This document shows positions 28,863 to 45,960 of a stretch of DNA of 64,000 bases, piece after piece; the first letter of the stretch is position 1; each line of letters starts with the position of its first letter. Both the position numbers and the translations under genes were made by a program. Source of the stretch: Octopus sinensis (lineage: Eukaryota); assembly GCF_006345805.1 (NCBI RefSeq), contig NC_043009.1, forward strand, positions 5,580,001 through 5,644,000, read 5' to 3'. A model generated the notes under the pieces. The model saw only the letters and a program-made list of their open reading frames with translations, did not search any database and was not told the DNA's origin.

Positions 28863-29224
28863 CATACATACATACATATATATGAATATATATATATACA
28901 TATATATTAGTGTTGTTGTTTGTATTTGTGTAACATACCAATTTTCTCGTTTTTTTTTTTGTCTGTGTGGTCGCACATATTTGCTTGCTTTCTTCCAAAA
29001 ATTTAAAGCCCTTACCTTAGAATTTTGGGGTCTACGGATTTTGAACAGTCTCAAGTGTAACGGGTCGAAACTGTAATGAGGATTTGAAGTTTTACAGATG
29101 AAAGAAAGCCACGAATATTCCGTCCTGGTTATTCCTGTCCGTCTTTGTATCGTCTATCTGTCCGGATGTATTTATTGTCCTTCGTTATTCTATTATTATT
29201 CCTTTTTTTTTAATATATATATAT
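28436..29224. repeat. Two-copy tandem duplication, period 395 bp, each unit beginning in (CATA)n/(TA)n
   Basis: The same peptide start appears at 28703 and 29098; units differ at only a few positions (e.g. GTGATG vs GTGTTG, T-run length). Confidence 0.92.
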
Positions 29225-29225
29225 A

Positions 29226-29447
29226 CAGACGAAATAGCTATTTCTTTACTACCCACAAGGTACTAAACACAGAGGGGACAAACAAGTACAGACAAACGGT
29301 TTAAGTCAATTACATCGACCCCACTGCATAACTGGTACTTAATTTATCGACCCCCGAAAGGATGAAAGGCAAAGTCGACCTCGGCGTAATTTGAACTCAG
29401 AACGTAACGGCAGACGAAATCCCGCTAAGCATTTCGCCCGGCGTGCT
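29226..29447 (-). mobile_element. SINE family B (truncated)
   Basis: Matches 5966-6188. Confidence 0.85.
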
Positions 29448-29844
29448 ACAAAGCGAAAGTTTAGCATACGTGTATACCTTTAGGAAAAGAAGCATGGACT
29501 GTTTCAAGTCACTGCACTTCATCAGCTGTTAGTGAATCGGTAATACTAGATATGCCGAAAAATGTTCGGATCTTTTCACAATAATTTTATTTAGAACGAA
29601 AAATAAAAGAATATGAGTGAAAAGTAAATTCATGTAACCGTGTTTAATTTAGCTAAAACTGGAGCAATGTCATGTAATGCTGTAGCGTTAGTAAGCTTGA
29701 TATTAAAATCTAAAATTTCATTTATAGCTGTATTCTAAACAGCTTCAATTTCCTTGAAAGTTCTTATTCATTTGAACACATAAACGTAACCTATGTTTAA
29801 TCTTTCACCGGAATTCAGATATTGTCCTTCTACTAAGTGGTGAA

Positions 29845-29948
29845 TCTAGATGAAACTCGGTGGAATTTAAACTCAGAACGTTGAGACAGACAAAATACCC
29901 CTAAGCATTTCGCCCGGCGTGCTAACGCTTCTGACAGTTCGCCGCCTT
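29845..29948 (-). mobile_element. SINE family B 5' fragment
   Basis: GCATTTCGCCCGGCGTGCTAACG...TCGCCGCC. Confidence 0.75.
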
Positions 29949-30299
29949 GCTGAGCATGCATATTAATGCATAAATCTGAAAGGCGAACATGGGAAACATA
30001 AATAGAATTTTGCTAGATCGTAGCCAAGGGGCAAAGACTATGGTTTAATAATAAAACAAGAATTAGGTGGTGATGAAATAGACTGAGAAACACATTTGTA
30101 CACTCAATGATAAAATATCTCAATGAGATGAACTAATTATGTAACGTCTAACTTCAAGTACGAACTATTAATCTATAGTTTCTCGGGCGTTTTTAATCCA
30201 CCTCATTCCACTTATATTCCTATACTGGCCTACTTTGTATGTAGTTTTCAATAATTTTACCATAATAACATTAATATTATTCTTTTATTTTTATTATTA

Positions 30300-30609
30300 T
30301 TTTACTTATTTCAGTCATTTGACTGCTGTCACGCAGGAGTGCAGTCTTTCGTCGAGCCGCTGAATTACGGACACGTAAACACCAACACCAGTTGCCAAGG
30401 GATGGTGAGGGGACACACATAGACGCAAATATATATACACACGCATATACGTATAGCCTCTTTCAGTTTCCGCCTAGCAGATCGATTCACAAGGCTTGGG
30501 TCGGACCGAGGCTATAGTAGAAGACACTTGTCCAATGTTCCACGCAGTACTGAACCCGGAACCATGTAATTGGGAAGCAAGCTTCTTACTACAGAGCCAC
30601 ACCTGCGCC
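30300..30609 (-). mobile_element. SINE family A (internally deleted)
   Basis: Head GGCGCAGGTGTGGC...GGTTCCGGGTTCAGT and tail match 1931-2540. Confidence 0.8.
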
Positions 30610-30645
30610 TATAACAATAATAATAATAATAATAATAATATAATA

Positions 30646-33723
<3,078 letters not shown>

Positions 33724-36700
33724 TCTTTTGTGTGTGTTTTGTGATATTTCTGTTATGTTTCTATTTTCGTTTAAGTGCAATCTCATTACCGACAACACCT
33801 GATAGGTTTAAGAAACCTGTTTGCAACAATATAGTTTTGGGTTCCGCCTTTGATCTGCTTCTGTAGCTCGAAAATGACGAGTGCCTTGAAAATGAATGTG
33901 GTAGATCGAAACTCTGGAAGCCAGTTGTATATATATGTGTGTGTGTGTGAGTGTGTTTGTGTGTGTTTATGTGAGTAAGTGTCTTTGTGTCTATGTACTT
34001 GTTTTTGCTGGTGTTTTATCGCCACCGCCAATCGATAACCGTTAGTGACTCGTTTAAGTCACATAACTCAGCAGATCGGCAATAGTAACCAATAAAATAA
34101 GATCCATAACTTTAGAAAAATAAAACCAGGTGTTAGTTTGTTCAACTAAACCGTCCAAGCGCTGCCTTAAAATAGACTGAAAAAATAAAAGCTATAAGTT
34201 GTTCATGAGTAAACCTCATTAATTTTACAGTGGCTGTATGGCTGGATTGTCATCGATACACCTAGATGTCTCATGCGTTAAATCACGGGTAATATTCCAT
34301 ATTTTATATGCTATATTTTCGCTCTTGTGGTATCTCCATGACTGAGTAAAGTATTGCTGTATTTCTGAGTTGGAAGTATACCCTGCAGTATTTAAAATGC
34401 GGTGAAGTGGCACCAGCGTTAGAACATCGGAAATTTGCTTTGAAATATTTCTGCTGCCTCTTTACATTCTCAGTTCTAACCCCAGAATGTTCAACTTTGG
34501 ATTGAACCTCTCTGGGGTAGAGAACGTGTAACTGCTAATGAAGTGGTAGTATAAATAACATTAATATCATCTCGAAACTGCTTGCATTATTCTTATATCA
34601 GAAACCATTATTTATATGGTTTGTATAGTGTGGGAATCATTCATGTGACGCAAGTATGTACTTCGAGGCATTTCGGCTCTTTATATTCGGAGTTCAGTTC
34701 CGGGTGGTATCATATTTGTCTTTTATCCCATCAGAAAGAAAGAAATTAAGTACTAATACTAAAGGACCCCACCACTTCTCCGTTCGCTAAAATTGCTGGT
34801 GTTGTATTTAGAATTAAAGTAATGAAATTGTTAGTACAGAATTAAAAAAATGTTTTGCGCCATTTCTACTGGTTCTTTATGTTCTGAAGTCAAAACATAC
34901 CGGTAACTTATTGCTCTCCGGAATCGATAAAAATAAAATAGCAGCTAAGTGCCCGAAGTCGATATATTCCACTAAATATTTCCTCCTGAAACTGCTGGTT
35001 TTGTGTGAAAGTTAAGCTATTATCAAGACGGTGGGCTAACAGAAACATCAGTATGACAGAGTGGATATTTGCACTGACCCAAGAAATTCTATATGCACGT
35101 AACGGAATATGAGAACGTTGTTGGAACTTTTGCGTTCAGTAATAGGAAAAGTGGCGTGATACTCCTTGACTTAGCGAACTGTCACAAACTTTGCAACTGT
35201 TAGATACTCGGATGCTAGTCATCGTGGAGCCTTGATCAGTGGTAAATGTAACTACAGGCTGTGATTTTGCCCATCTGTTGCCGATGCACCTTGAATACGG
35301 CTCTACTGCAACTTACGAGTGCTTAAGTTCCAAAGATATCATGGACTGACTGGAGTCATGCCTCAGAGATAATACATTCCAGGCCTCCATAAGAAGAACA
35401 CACACAACGTTCCCTCAGTGTGCCGCAGAAGGCAACTGAAATCGGTCGAAGTACGATTTTCACACCGACGTCATAGATCAGTCACATGCAAAAATCACCC
35501 AAACACACTCATCGAGTTCTCTCCTCTGCTAAAAATAACATGACTGTCAATGAGACCCGTCCAAGGAAGCGGTTGGGGCAAAGCCGTCCGGACTGTCATC
35601 CACCATATAGGGAAATCCGCGGAAGACAGGTCGATTTAGAGGGCTTTCGCTTTAGTGGTGCAACGGTGTCACAAACCAAGAGCAGGGAATAGTTGAAAGG
35701 ATTATTATTATTATCATTACTATTATTATTCACTTGAAAATACTTAAGTTAATACACTACAATTTTTACCAGAAAAAATTATATAAATTGTAATACAGGT
35801 AATTATCCACCAGACTTATAGAATCGCTGACGTTGGTTAGTTACATCTTTGCATTACTAATATATGTTGTGTGATGAATTAGATGCATAATACATTTATT
35901 ATTATATTCTTGCCTTTAGTCGTAATTAATGTAGATGTTTTTTTGCAATCAAGAGTGTTAAGTTTGTAATCATTGCAAGTATTATAAATTCAACAATAAA
36001 TATATGGAGCGGCTTCAACGTTGCCCGCTGACAAATATCTGCAAACGTCCACACACGTTTATTAATATTTATATTTCAAGCACACACTGCCCCTGCTCTA
36101 CCCCGACATTCGTAGATACACACGCACAAATGTACACACAAGCATACACACACACACACACACGCACGCACGCACAAAAGCGGACAACTCAGAGACTCAT
36201 ACACAAATACACATACACATGTATTGTGTTTGTTAGTGTATTACGTTTTGTAGGTTGCATGTTTTTACACAATCGATTTTGGACATTGCTGATGCAACAA
36301 TTAATGAGATTCTCATGAATGAAAATTTACTGAATTTCATGGCTACAAGATACATTTTGATATAGTAATTAGTGTACCATGATAGGCTGGCGGCTGTGGA
36401 AATATCGTTTCTCTATAATTGCTATAATTACTGTTCATGTGAAGGAAAGATAAATTAAAGTAATCGCGAGCTTATGTACTTTAACAAAATTCAAATGTCT
36501 CGACTCTCATCTTAAACAATACATCCTGGCACACCTCACATGGACACATTCAATCACACATACAGATACACACACCTTTATCAACAAATACATTATTTCT
36601 ATAATAATATCAGGTGAAAAAAATCACCAGCTTCTCACTGAGCAATGCTGTCGTTATAATATTAAACTTTTTCCCTGATAAAACAAAAACTGGTCTAGTA

Positions 36701-39341
36701 TTTAATATCATATAAATGAAAATATTTACGGAAAGTCCTGAAACTGATAAATCTAATTTTACAGCATTTTAACAAATTCTTATACTTGAGCGCACTTCCA
36801 GTATTGTATATAACATGGAAAACTGTTGTGGGTAACTTGTAGGATATGGCGTCGCTAAATCACATTTTGTTATGAGAGAGATTAGTCGTGCTGTAAGAAT
36901 CGTTAGATCAGACAAAATGCATAACAGTATTTCAACATCTGACTCTTTACGGGTGTGAGGTCAACTTTGCTTTTCATCCTTCCAGGGTCGAGAAAATAGT
37001 GTACCTGTCAGGTACTAGGATCAATGTAATCGACTAAAACCTGGAACAAAATTTCAGGCGTTTTGCCTGATTTAATGTGGATTAAATCGTCTAACATTTA
37101 AACTCAAATGCGATTGTCAAACCTCTCGGCACAGTCTCATCATCTGCTTTGTTCTTAATTTATGTAGGAAGATCATCTTTTTATTGCCTAACACTTCTTC
37201 ATTTTATTGATTTTTAGTTTCTGACGTAGACTTAAAGAATAAAAAAATTATGTCATCCTCCCTCTTTCAAAGTGACATTAGACTGAAAAAAATAATAACA
37301 AATAGCAAAAATGCTGTTACTTAAATTTCAGAATAATATACTTAACACATATGTATATTAAATGTGAATATTGATTTTTGTCGGATACAATATAAAGGGC
37401 AATAAATTTAAAGAGATAACAAGTTTGCATGTTGACAATGCATTCGTTCAATACATTCTGCCCTGTGTAACCAATGTCCTGGTTTGAATTCAAAATATCA
37501 ATATATATTTTAGAACAATGATGATTTATTAAACTTCCTCCGCTCTAAATTCTCATCTCAAAATAAATTGTTTTGTTAGGTTACCGTGTTCGAAGTCCCC
37601 TCACATTGCCCTTCGATCATTATGGGTTTCGCTGAACATGAAGCCTAACAACATCCGTCTAAGCATATAGGTATGATTACGAATTCATTACCTATGCAAG
37701 CTATCTGCGAAATCTGCACGTTTCTCTGATAACCTCGATGCCTTTCAAACCTTCATTAACATATTTCTATTCTTTCAAATACCTACGCAGGGCATTGAAT
37801 AGATTCTTCTCTTTATCTGTGTAGGTTCCATATCCGAAAGTGTCTAATAACGATGGAACTAGTAACACAGCGATTCACGATTTTCCTATTCTAAAATATT
37901 GGGCATTGTTTGATAGAAAGATATCAAAGCTGATCGAATCAATTATAATTTTCCAAATCAATGTAAATACATCGTTAGATTTAATTACCAAATCATTTCA
38001 TGTTTTTCCCTCGGAAAGAAAAGTAACAAAAATGAAAAGCGAATTAATAACATTGTTGCAAATATATAAAGAATTTTTCAGTTTTTGTTTACTACATTTA
38101 TTCCCATTTTTACTGTCTCTTTTATTCGTTTCCGTTTAGTAAAAGCGATTGCAGTTTAAAAGGAAGTTCATCAAATATACAATAGATGGAGCAAATAATT
38201 ATAGGAAATAAACAGCCGGTTTGTTTACTGTTTAATAATGCATCCGAGTATGCTACAAAACAAACTGCTGTCCCTAAGCGAATTAATAATAAATTAAACA
38301 TCTCTTTTGAGCAGCATCTTGGGAATTTCTTACTTCATTAAATCAAACATTGTGGTCATTAAAAGAGAAATTGGTGTATATTTCTTATCTTCAAAATGAT
38401 GTATTTTCATAATGTGATTATTTAACCGACCAACAAATATCATACTGCGGACCAATTAACTCTTTAAAACAGAAAACCCAAAATTCTTTTTTGTTCTGTA
38501 TACACACATTAATCAGAAAAGTGGGATTATAGCGTATAATATTCTGAATAGACTACGTGTTATACGATCATGTGCGTGCATTTGCTTAGGTATGAGTATC
38601 TATCTCTTTTTACCGCTAGTATATATTTTTAAATATTTCATTTGCAACAACTCGTAAACTACGCTCCAGTACACTGTGGTAGACTTTCGTTACTCTATGA
38701 CCAAATTTAAGTGTTCTGATTATCTCCCTTTTTCACGAGATTATCCAATCTAACGCCTACATAGCTATGTTATCGATAGAGAAAGCCGTGTCTAAATAGT
38801 TTCTGGGCTAAAATTAATTATCCAGCGATCTTTATCCTCATATTGGTGTAATTTTAATTAAATCGTTTTGTCGCTAATCACATCAAGTACATTAACATCG
38901 GTTTAGCTATTTTCATAGGAATTTTTCCGTTGTTACTTTTCTTTTCTCAGTTTTCTTAGTTTTCATAGTAAAGATTATACTTTTCTCAAAATGTATAAGA
39001 AAACCAAATCAAGTTGGATGTTCTTACCACATGACCAAATCCAGACCACTCTCCAATACACAATTCGATTTCATTTTGAATTGCCATATTTTTTTAATTC
39101 ACGAGTTATCTTCCCTGATTTCCAGGCAAGAAGCTGCGTTTTTTCTCGGAATTTTAGTGAAATGTAATGTTTTAGTTCCGTACACCAAATACTGTATCAA
39201 ATATATAATAACGCATGTTACTATTATTTTCAGTCAAAACAGATCTTGATTATAATTTCAGTTCAGTTTGATGTGACAGAGTAACGTCTGTTATATTTTC
39301 GGGTAGAAATACCCAATTGATAACAATAATAATAAAAACTG

Positions 39342-39555
39342 ATTCTGTTGTGTCTAGGGAGAGTAATGTTCTCTTTGTGCCTTATTATTTAACACACTCA
39401 CCGGTAAAATTTCCACTTTTTCTTATTTTTATTGTTGCAAGACGCAACGAAAATTTTAGGACAACAAAAATAAGATAAAAGTGGAAATTTTACCGGTGAG
39501 TGTGTTAAATTATAAGGCACAAAAAGAACAGGACTCTCCCCAGACACAACAGAAT
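39342..39555. mobile_element. 214-bp fold-back element with ~95-bp arms and a half-hammerhead in the loop
   Basis: ATTCTGTTGTGTCT...AGACACAACAGAAT arms with a few mismatches; loop contains GTTGC-AAGAC-GCAAC-GAAA-ATTTT. Confidence 0.8.
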
Positions 39556-40780
39556 ATGCTTCAACACACGAACTCATATAAAGAATCTTGCAAACCAAAT
39601 CCAAAAACTAAAAATAAAACTGATGATTTGGTGAAAGGAATCTTCAACTGTTATCATTTTTCAATATATCTAAGTTCTGACCCCTTTTTTAGTTCTTAAC
39701 ATACTCTAATTGTAAAAAGAAATGAAGCATTTTTAAACCCTTTCACAAAATTCTTTCATAATTGTTGAACACAGTATGCTACATTATAAGACATTTTCTA
39801 TAGGCTAATTCTTACAGGTGCTATAAAAGTTTGAATAAAAATCGAAATATGCCTCGTGATGTAACACGGGCGATATCTTGCCATATTTCTTGTAGAATAT
39901 TGTCCTCGGAAATATGTGTAAAAAGTTAAATACGCAGAGAATGTTGCCATAATATCAGAATAAAACTGTAAAAGTGGAACATTTTATAACCAATATGTAG
40001 TTTTTAACAATCGTTGTTTTAATCATGAATTTAGAATTGTACTGACGTGTATAGTGAGATGTACAAGATTGGTAGAGATGATAACCTAGCATGAATTCTG
40101 CATGAGAATGCAGTGACGAGAAGAAAGCTTCTCTTGGATATAGCTTGATGCAGCCTAAGATTAATTAATGCGAAATCAACATTGAAAAGTTCATTAGATA
40201 TTGCATAGAATCTAAGGTAATGAATATACACCTTCTGAAAGATTGTGTTGGGATTTTCGTACAGAAGAAATGTCTCCAAACACTTAGAGGATTGTGTACG
40301 GTGAGTATAAATTTAGACACGTGTGCGCCGGCGTGCATATACTCATGAGTGTACAGAGACGCAAAAAAAATCACCCATATGCTTATCTATAAAGAGACAT
40401 GGAAGAAGTCAAAATTGCATAAAAATATAGTATTATCATATCGAAACAGAATACTGTCAATCTGGTAAGAAAGGTACTATATAGAAGGAACTGATAGAGA
40501 TTGGATCACTCGATTTCCTGTTTGTATTTATCAATGGCGTAAAGTTGATTTTGGTTGTTCTATTCTTTTTTTTTTAAATATTCTTACATCCTACTGGTAC
40601 AAACGTTATAATATGTCTCTTCTCTACGGCCCACAAAGGCGATTTTTGTCTATGAAGGTGACAACTCAGTTATCTGGAAAAGACTAAACACGCCCATGTA
40701 ATAGAAAAGAGTTATATACGCAACACACCTTGACGTAAAAAGAAATGCAAGTATAGACGTTGAAATTAGAAACTTGCATG

Positions 40781-41165
40781 GGGCGGGGAGCTGGCAGTAT
40801 CGTTAGCCACCGTGAAAATGCTCAGCTACATTTCGTTCGCCTAAACATTCTAGGTTCAAATTCCATCGAGGTCGACTTTGGCAATCATCAATTCAGTAGT
40901 CGAGAAATTAAGTATCAGTTGAGAGAGCGGGTCGGTGTAATCAACTAGCCATTTTCTTAAAAATGTGCCAAAACCTGAACGCAATATTAATATTATCACT
41001 AAAGCGGCAAGCTGGCAGAATAGTGAGTACAACAGGTAGATTTCTTAGCGATTTCAAATGCCACCGAGATTGACCCGGCCCTTCTTTCTTTCCGATTCAA
41101 TGATATAAGTACCAATTGACTTACCCCCCACCGCTGAAAGTGATGGCTTTGAGCTAAAATTTGGA
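40781..41165 (+). mobile_element. Two adjacent degenerate SINE family B copies
   Basis: GGCGGGGAGCTGGCAGTATCGTTAG and AGCGGCAAGCTGGCAGAA heads, GAGGTCGACTTTG body. Confidence 0.65.
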
Positions 41166-41790
41166 ATCATTAATAGAAACTTGCAAACAGCTTGCTCATG
41201 CAAGTGTTGTCAGTCGACAGCATTGCATGCCTAGCACCAATAGGAAGAAAAAATACAATACGCATCTTTTCGGTGCCTACAACTCGATGTGAGGCTCCCA
41301 CCTATTGTGTCGACTAACTAGTATGTAATCCTAATTCCTCCATTTCGTGATCATCTGCACTATTGAAATTTTGAAGAGATGAAATGAAACTTAATGATTG
41401 GATCATGCACAATTTCCTTTAAGGAACTTGCAGAATCTGGACAACAAAATAAGTAATAAAAACAGGCATAAAACAATTACTAAAAACAACAAAATTTTTG
41501 TTTCATAGCCGCTCATCTATCATTTTTTCTTTAGTGATGTATAATTCTTTATGCCTTCTGCAAAATTTGAAGTTTATAGTGAATAATATCTCCCATAAAT
41601 ATGGTACACTGTCCAGCTTTCTACATTCTATAAACAACAATTTTGATGTTAATCACGCACGCATACATAGACATATATATACATACATTCATACATTTAT
41701 ACAAGCATACATGCATACATACATACATACATACATAAATACACACACACACACACAAATATATATATATATATATATATATACATATGG

Positions 41791-41832
<42 letters not shown>

Positions 41833-42374
41833 TATGCATGTATATATGTATGTGCATGTATGTTGATATGTATGTATGCGGGGAGGTATGTATACGTAAA
41901 TATGTGTGTGTGTGGCTCTACGGCACTGTATATAGGAATGACGTATTGCATTTTTGATGACGTACATTTAACAAGTGTTAGGTTGTGTGTGTTTGTGTTT
42001 GCGTGTGTGTGTATGTACATGTGTGTGTATGTGCATGTGTCCGTATTTATGTGTATGTGCGTGTTTTTACGCGTGTGTGAGTTTGTGTGAGTTGCTGAAT
42101 AAATTTAAGTAGTGATCAGGTATTTACTTATCTTTTTCACCCAGAAGATATCATCCACACGAGAATATTCCCGTATCTTATATTTACAAGTTACATTTTA
42201 ATAGGATTAGATGTCTGGTCTGCTCAAAGAGAAAAAAAAATCAACACACATACACACAAGCACACATATATTATTTATATATAAACGTATATATTTGCGC
42301 GCATGTCAGTGTGCATGCGTGTGTTTGAAAATATGTATATGTATATATATATGTATATTTACTTGTATATATGT

Positions 42375-42407
<33 letters not shown>

Positions 42408-42800
42408 ATATGTATATATGTATATATGCATATGGTTATATTTTGGAATGGCCATATATATATATACATGTATATATGAATATATGTATATGCATATATG
42501 TATATATATTTATATATATATATATATAATATATATATATATATAATATATATATATATATAAAATGTAGTTGTAATTTCGTATTCATATTAATAATATT
42601 TACATATTTTATGTGTATGTGTATTTGTTTTGCTTAATCTGGTTACTATATTCCGCCTTTTCCTTTAACACTCTTATAAATTATAGATATTTTTTTTTAC
42701 TATAATTGTGTAATTTGTTTTGAAAATTCTTCGAAGATAAGCAAATGGCGTCGCTTGAGCTTATTATTTTATTTTATTTTATTCTGTTTTATGTACACAG

Positions 42801-42856
42801 ACATTAAAATAGTAGTTTACACAAGTATACACCAAGACAGAGAACATGAACGACTT
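42801..42856 (+). CDS. Candidate exon (56 nt) of an unannotated gene
   Basis: ttttatgtacacAG acceptor and GTAAGT donor; only fully open frame is DIKIVVYTSIHQDREHERL; also contains aacATG at 42846. Confidence 0.45.
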
Positions 42857-43422
42857 GTAAGTTTACTTTGAATTTAACGCCTATCACGCTTTTCAAAGTA
42901 ATTAGATAAATACAACCAGGCTAAGATTAAGTGAGCCAGATATATCTTGTCTTCATGTTTTTTTTTTCTTTATATATTTATCATGAAAATGAAAATTGTT
43001 ATATCAAACTAGAAACGATGTGGAAATCGCACGCTCAAAAGGAGTTGCTTTATTGTTTTGCTTCCTGGAATAAGAGATAATACAAAATACAAACGTCTGA
43101 TAGACGCCTGAACATTATAAGTTGGCAAATACTATTTTTCGCTGTGTAAATTTCAACACAACCTTATACAGATAAACATTTCCTAACAGCAAATAAGCTT
43201 CAATATATTTTCTTTTTATCAGTTTAATGCTTCTATTCAGGATAAACATAACATTAGTAATATGATTCTATGAGAAGTCAGTCCTGCTGCACAGAATAAA
43301 AAAAATAGAAGAGGAAAAAAACGAAATATATGTATAGATTTCTAATAGCTTGTGTTGTTTGTATGATCTTTAAAACGGAGCATGGAAGATGAATATAGAT
43401 AAAGTTAAAGCTTTTACTTCAG

Positions 43423-43513
43423 GATAAGAGAATATGAAAGACAAAGATTACGAATACAGAAATTATCAAAAGTGGAACCACACAAAAACTACGATAAAAC
43501 TGTGAAAACCAAG
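43423..43513 (+). CDS. Candidate exon (91 nt), IREYERQRLRIQKLSKVEPHKNYDKTVKTK
   Basis: ttttacttcAG acceptor and consensus AAG|GTAAGT donor; one fully open frame. Confidence 0.5.
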
Positions 43514-43835
43514 GTAAGTTAATGAACAGCGTACCTTTGATACAGAAAACTGTGTGAAAACGGTTTGCTATGTTGATAATATTCACAGTATTGGAAAATA
43601 ATGTAACGTTTTCATTTTATGCCATAATATATTTATTCTGAATTTTCTTTTTGTCCATAGTAACTATATGTTTTGAGATAAGGAATATTGTATACACTAA
43701 TGGACCTCATGGTCCTGATATGAGGAATATTAAGGTATTAAGATAAACATATATGACGTAATTCCATAGTGCATAGGAAAAAACCATTTTAGTTAAATCG
43801 CTATTTAATCAATATATTCTTTGATATTTCTACAG

Positions 43836-43868
43836 GGTAAAATACCCAAGGATGACATAAATATATAA
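43836..43868 (+). CDS. Candidate terminal coding exon GKIPKDDINI*
   Basis: tttctacAG acceptor, phase 0 matching the 43513 donor; AATAAA at 44381. Confidence 0.35.
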   Translation, partial: GKIPKDDINI

Positions 43869-44635
43869 AGTACCGATGCTCCCAGACATCAAGTGTTCAA
43901 ATTACTTAAGTTTGTTCGAAATGATACTGTGTGGAGCTATCCTTTTCCTTAAATCTTTTGCACATGTGCCTCGTAAGCACGATCGCTGTCCATCTACTCT
44001 TTCAAAGAACCAGAGCCCTAAAATGCATTTTGAGTTATCTTTCCTTCCACAGCTATAGCTACATAGATACTTTGGTAAAACATCTTCCATAAGACATAAT
44101 ATTCTTAGAATAACACGATTATGTGACAAGCGTAATTTTGACGATACGTGAACTTTATTGTTGCATAGACACTATTTCATTGATCTCAATGGAGGCCGAG
44201 CCACTTCACACTACGTTCCAATTATTATTATTTTTCTAATATTTCGTTTTATGGTTGGATTTCCCTTAGTATTTCGATTAATGATCTACTCCACGATATT
44301 TTAAGCCGTAATGTAAAGTATTTTCAGGTATTTTGTTTTTACAATGTATGAATTTTTTTCAGTATAGATTCAGTGAAATCAATAAATATTCAGCTTTCGG
44401 CACCAATTTTGTCTATATTTATGAATTATGAGGCTTACAAAATTTATTTAATGGATTGTATAAAAGTGTACATTTATATTACATAATGGATAACATTGAT
44501 ATCACATGCCATTTGTGATATAATATCAAATAATTTCATACAAATATATGTGTAATAGACGCACATATATATGCATCTATCCATATATAATACATATATG
44601 TATATATATGTATAATATATATATGTATATATATG

Positions 44636-44667
<32 letters not shown>

Positions 44668-44673
44668 CATACG

Positions 44674-44732
<59 letters not shown>

Positions 44733-44918
44733 TATGGATGTATACATACATATATATATATACACATCTATAGATATATCACATGCAATTTGTGATATAA
44801 CAAAATAATTTCATACAAATATATGTATAATAGACGTACATATATATGCATCTATCCATATATAATACATATATGTATACATATATATATATATATATAT
44901 ATACGTATATATATATAT

Positions 44919-44971
<53 letters not shown>

Positions 44972-44979
44972 ATATATAT

Positions 44980-45013
<34 letters not shown>

Positions 45014-45017
45014 ATAA

Positions 45018-45049
<32 letters not shown>

Positions 45050-45098
45050 CATATATATATACATATATATACATATATATACGTATATATTATATATA

Positions 45099-45143
<45 letters not shown>

Positions 45144-45737
45144 ATACAAACACACACTCACAGACACACACCTATGGAGGTGTGCCAGCGGATATGTGCA
45201 AGCTGAGTTGACTATTGTCAAATTTGTGATTACTATATTTGATACGTTGGATAAAAATTCTCAAATCTGCCTGCATATGTATTTCTATTGTCTCAAAAGG
45301 TAATAATGAACGTGCAACATGCAGACAACCTGTGTGATTAAGCTTACTTTTGCAGTTCTTTGAATGTAAGCCAGACCTTCAGTCTCCAGTTAAAGACGTG
45401 AGCATTTCTGTTATCCCCGGGATTTCGCAGTACCACAATCCAGCTAATTCATTCACATTGTGAGCAGCGAATGTGTATTTGTTTTCATTTCACAGGTTTC
45501 CAGTACACCTGAACATTATTTTCTTTCATGTCATCATTTATATCACTTCACTAATTATTTAGTGCTTTATGCAAATATGTGCAATATAGTCATATAGTCA
45601 GACCTACTGCTTGGTTTTTCTTATATGGCCGTGAGTCATTCTGTTTTAGAGAAAACTCCTTTCTTTCGTTATGTTTATTTGCGTGTCATATTTCTTTGAA
45701 TTAACTCATAATACATAATATAATTAAGTTTTGAAAA

Positions 45738-45746
45738 TTATTATTA

Positions 45747-45810
<64 letters not shown>

Positions 45811-45825
45811 TATTACTATTATTAC

Positions 45826-45894
<69 letters not shown>

Positions 45895-45897
45895 TAC

Positions 45898-45931
<34 letters not shown>

Positions 45932-45960
45932 GATGATGATGATGATCATGATGATCATGA
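45738..45960. repeat. (TTA)n/(TGA)n microsatellite
   Basis: Direct reading. Confidence 0.95.

Noticed and set aside
35090-35700. GC-richer island
   Set aside because: No ORF motif, TIR, LTR or RNA structure could be assigned; probably an old repeat fragment.
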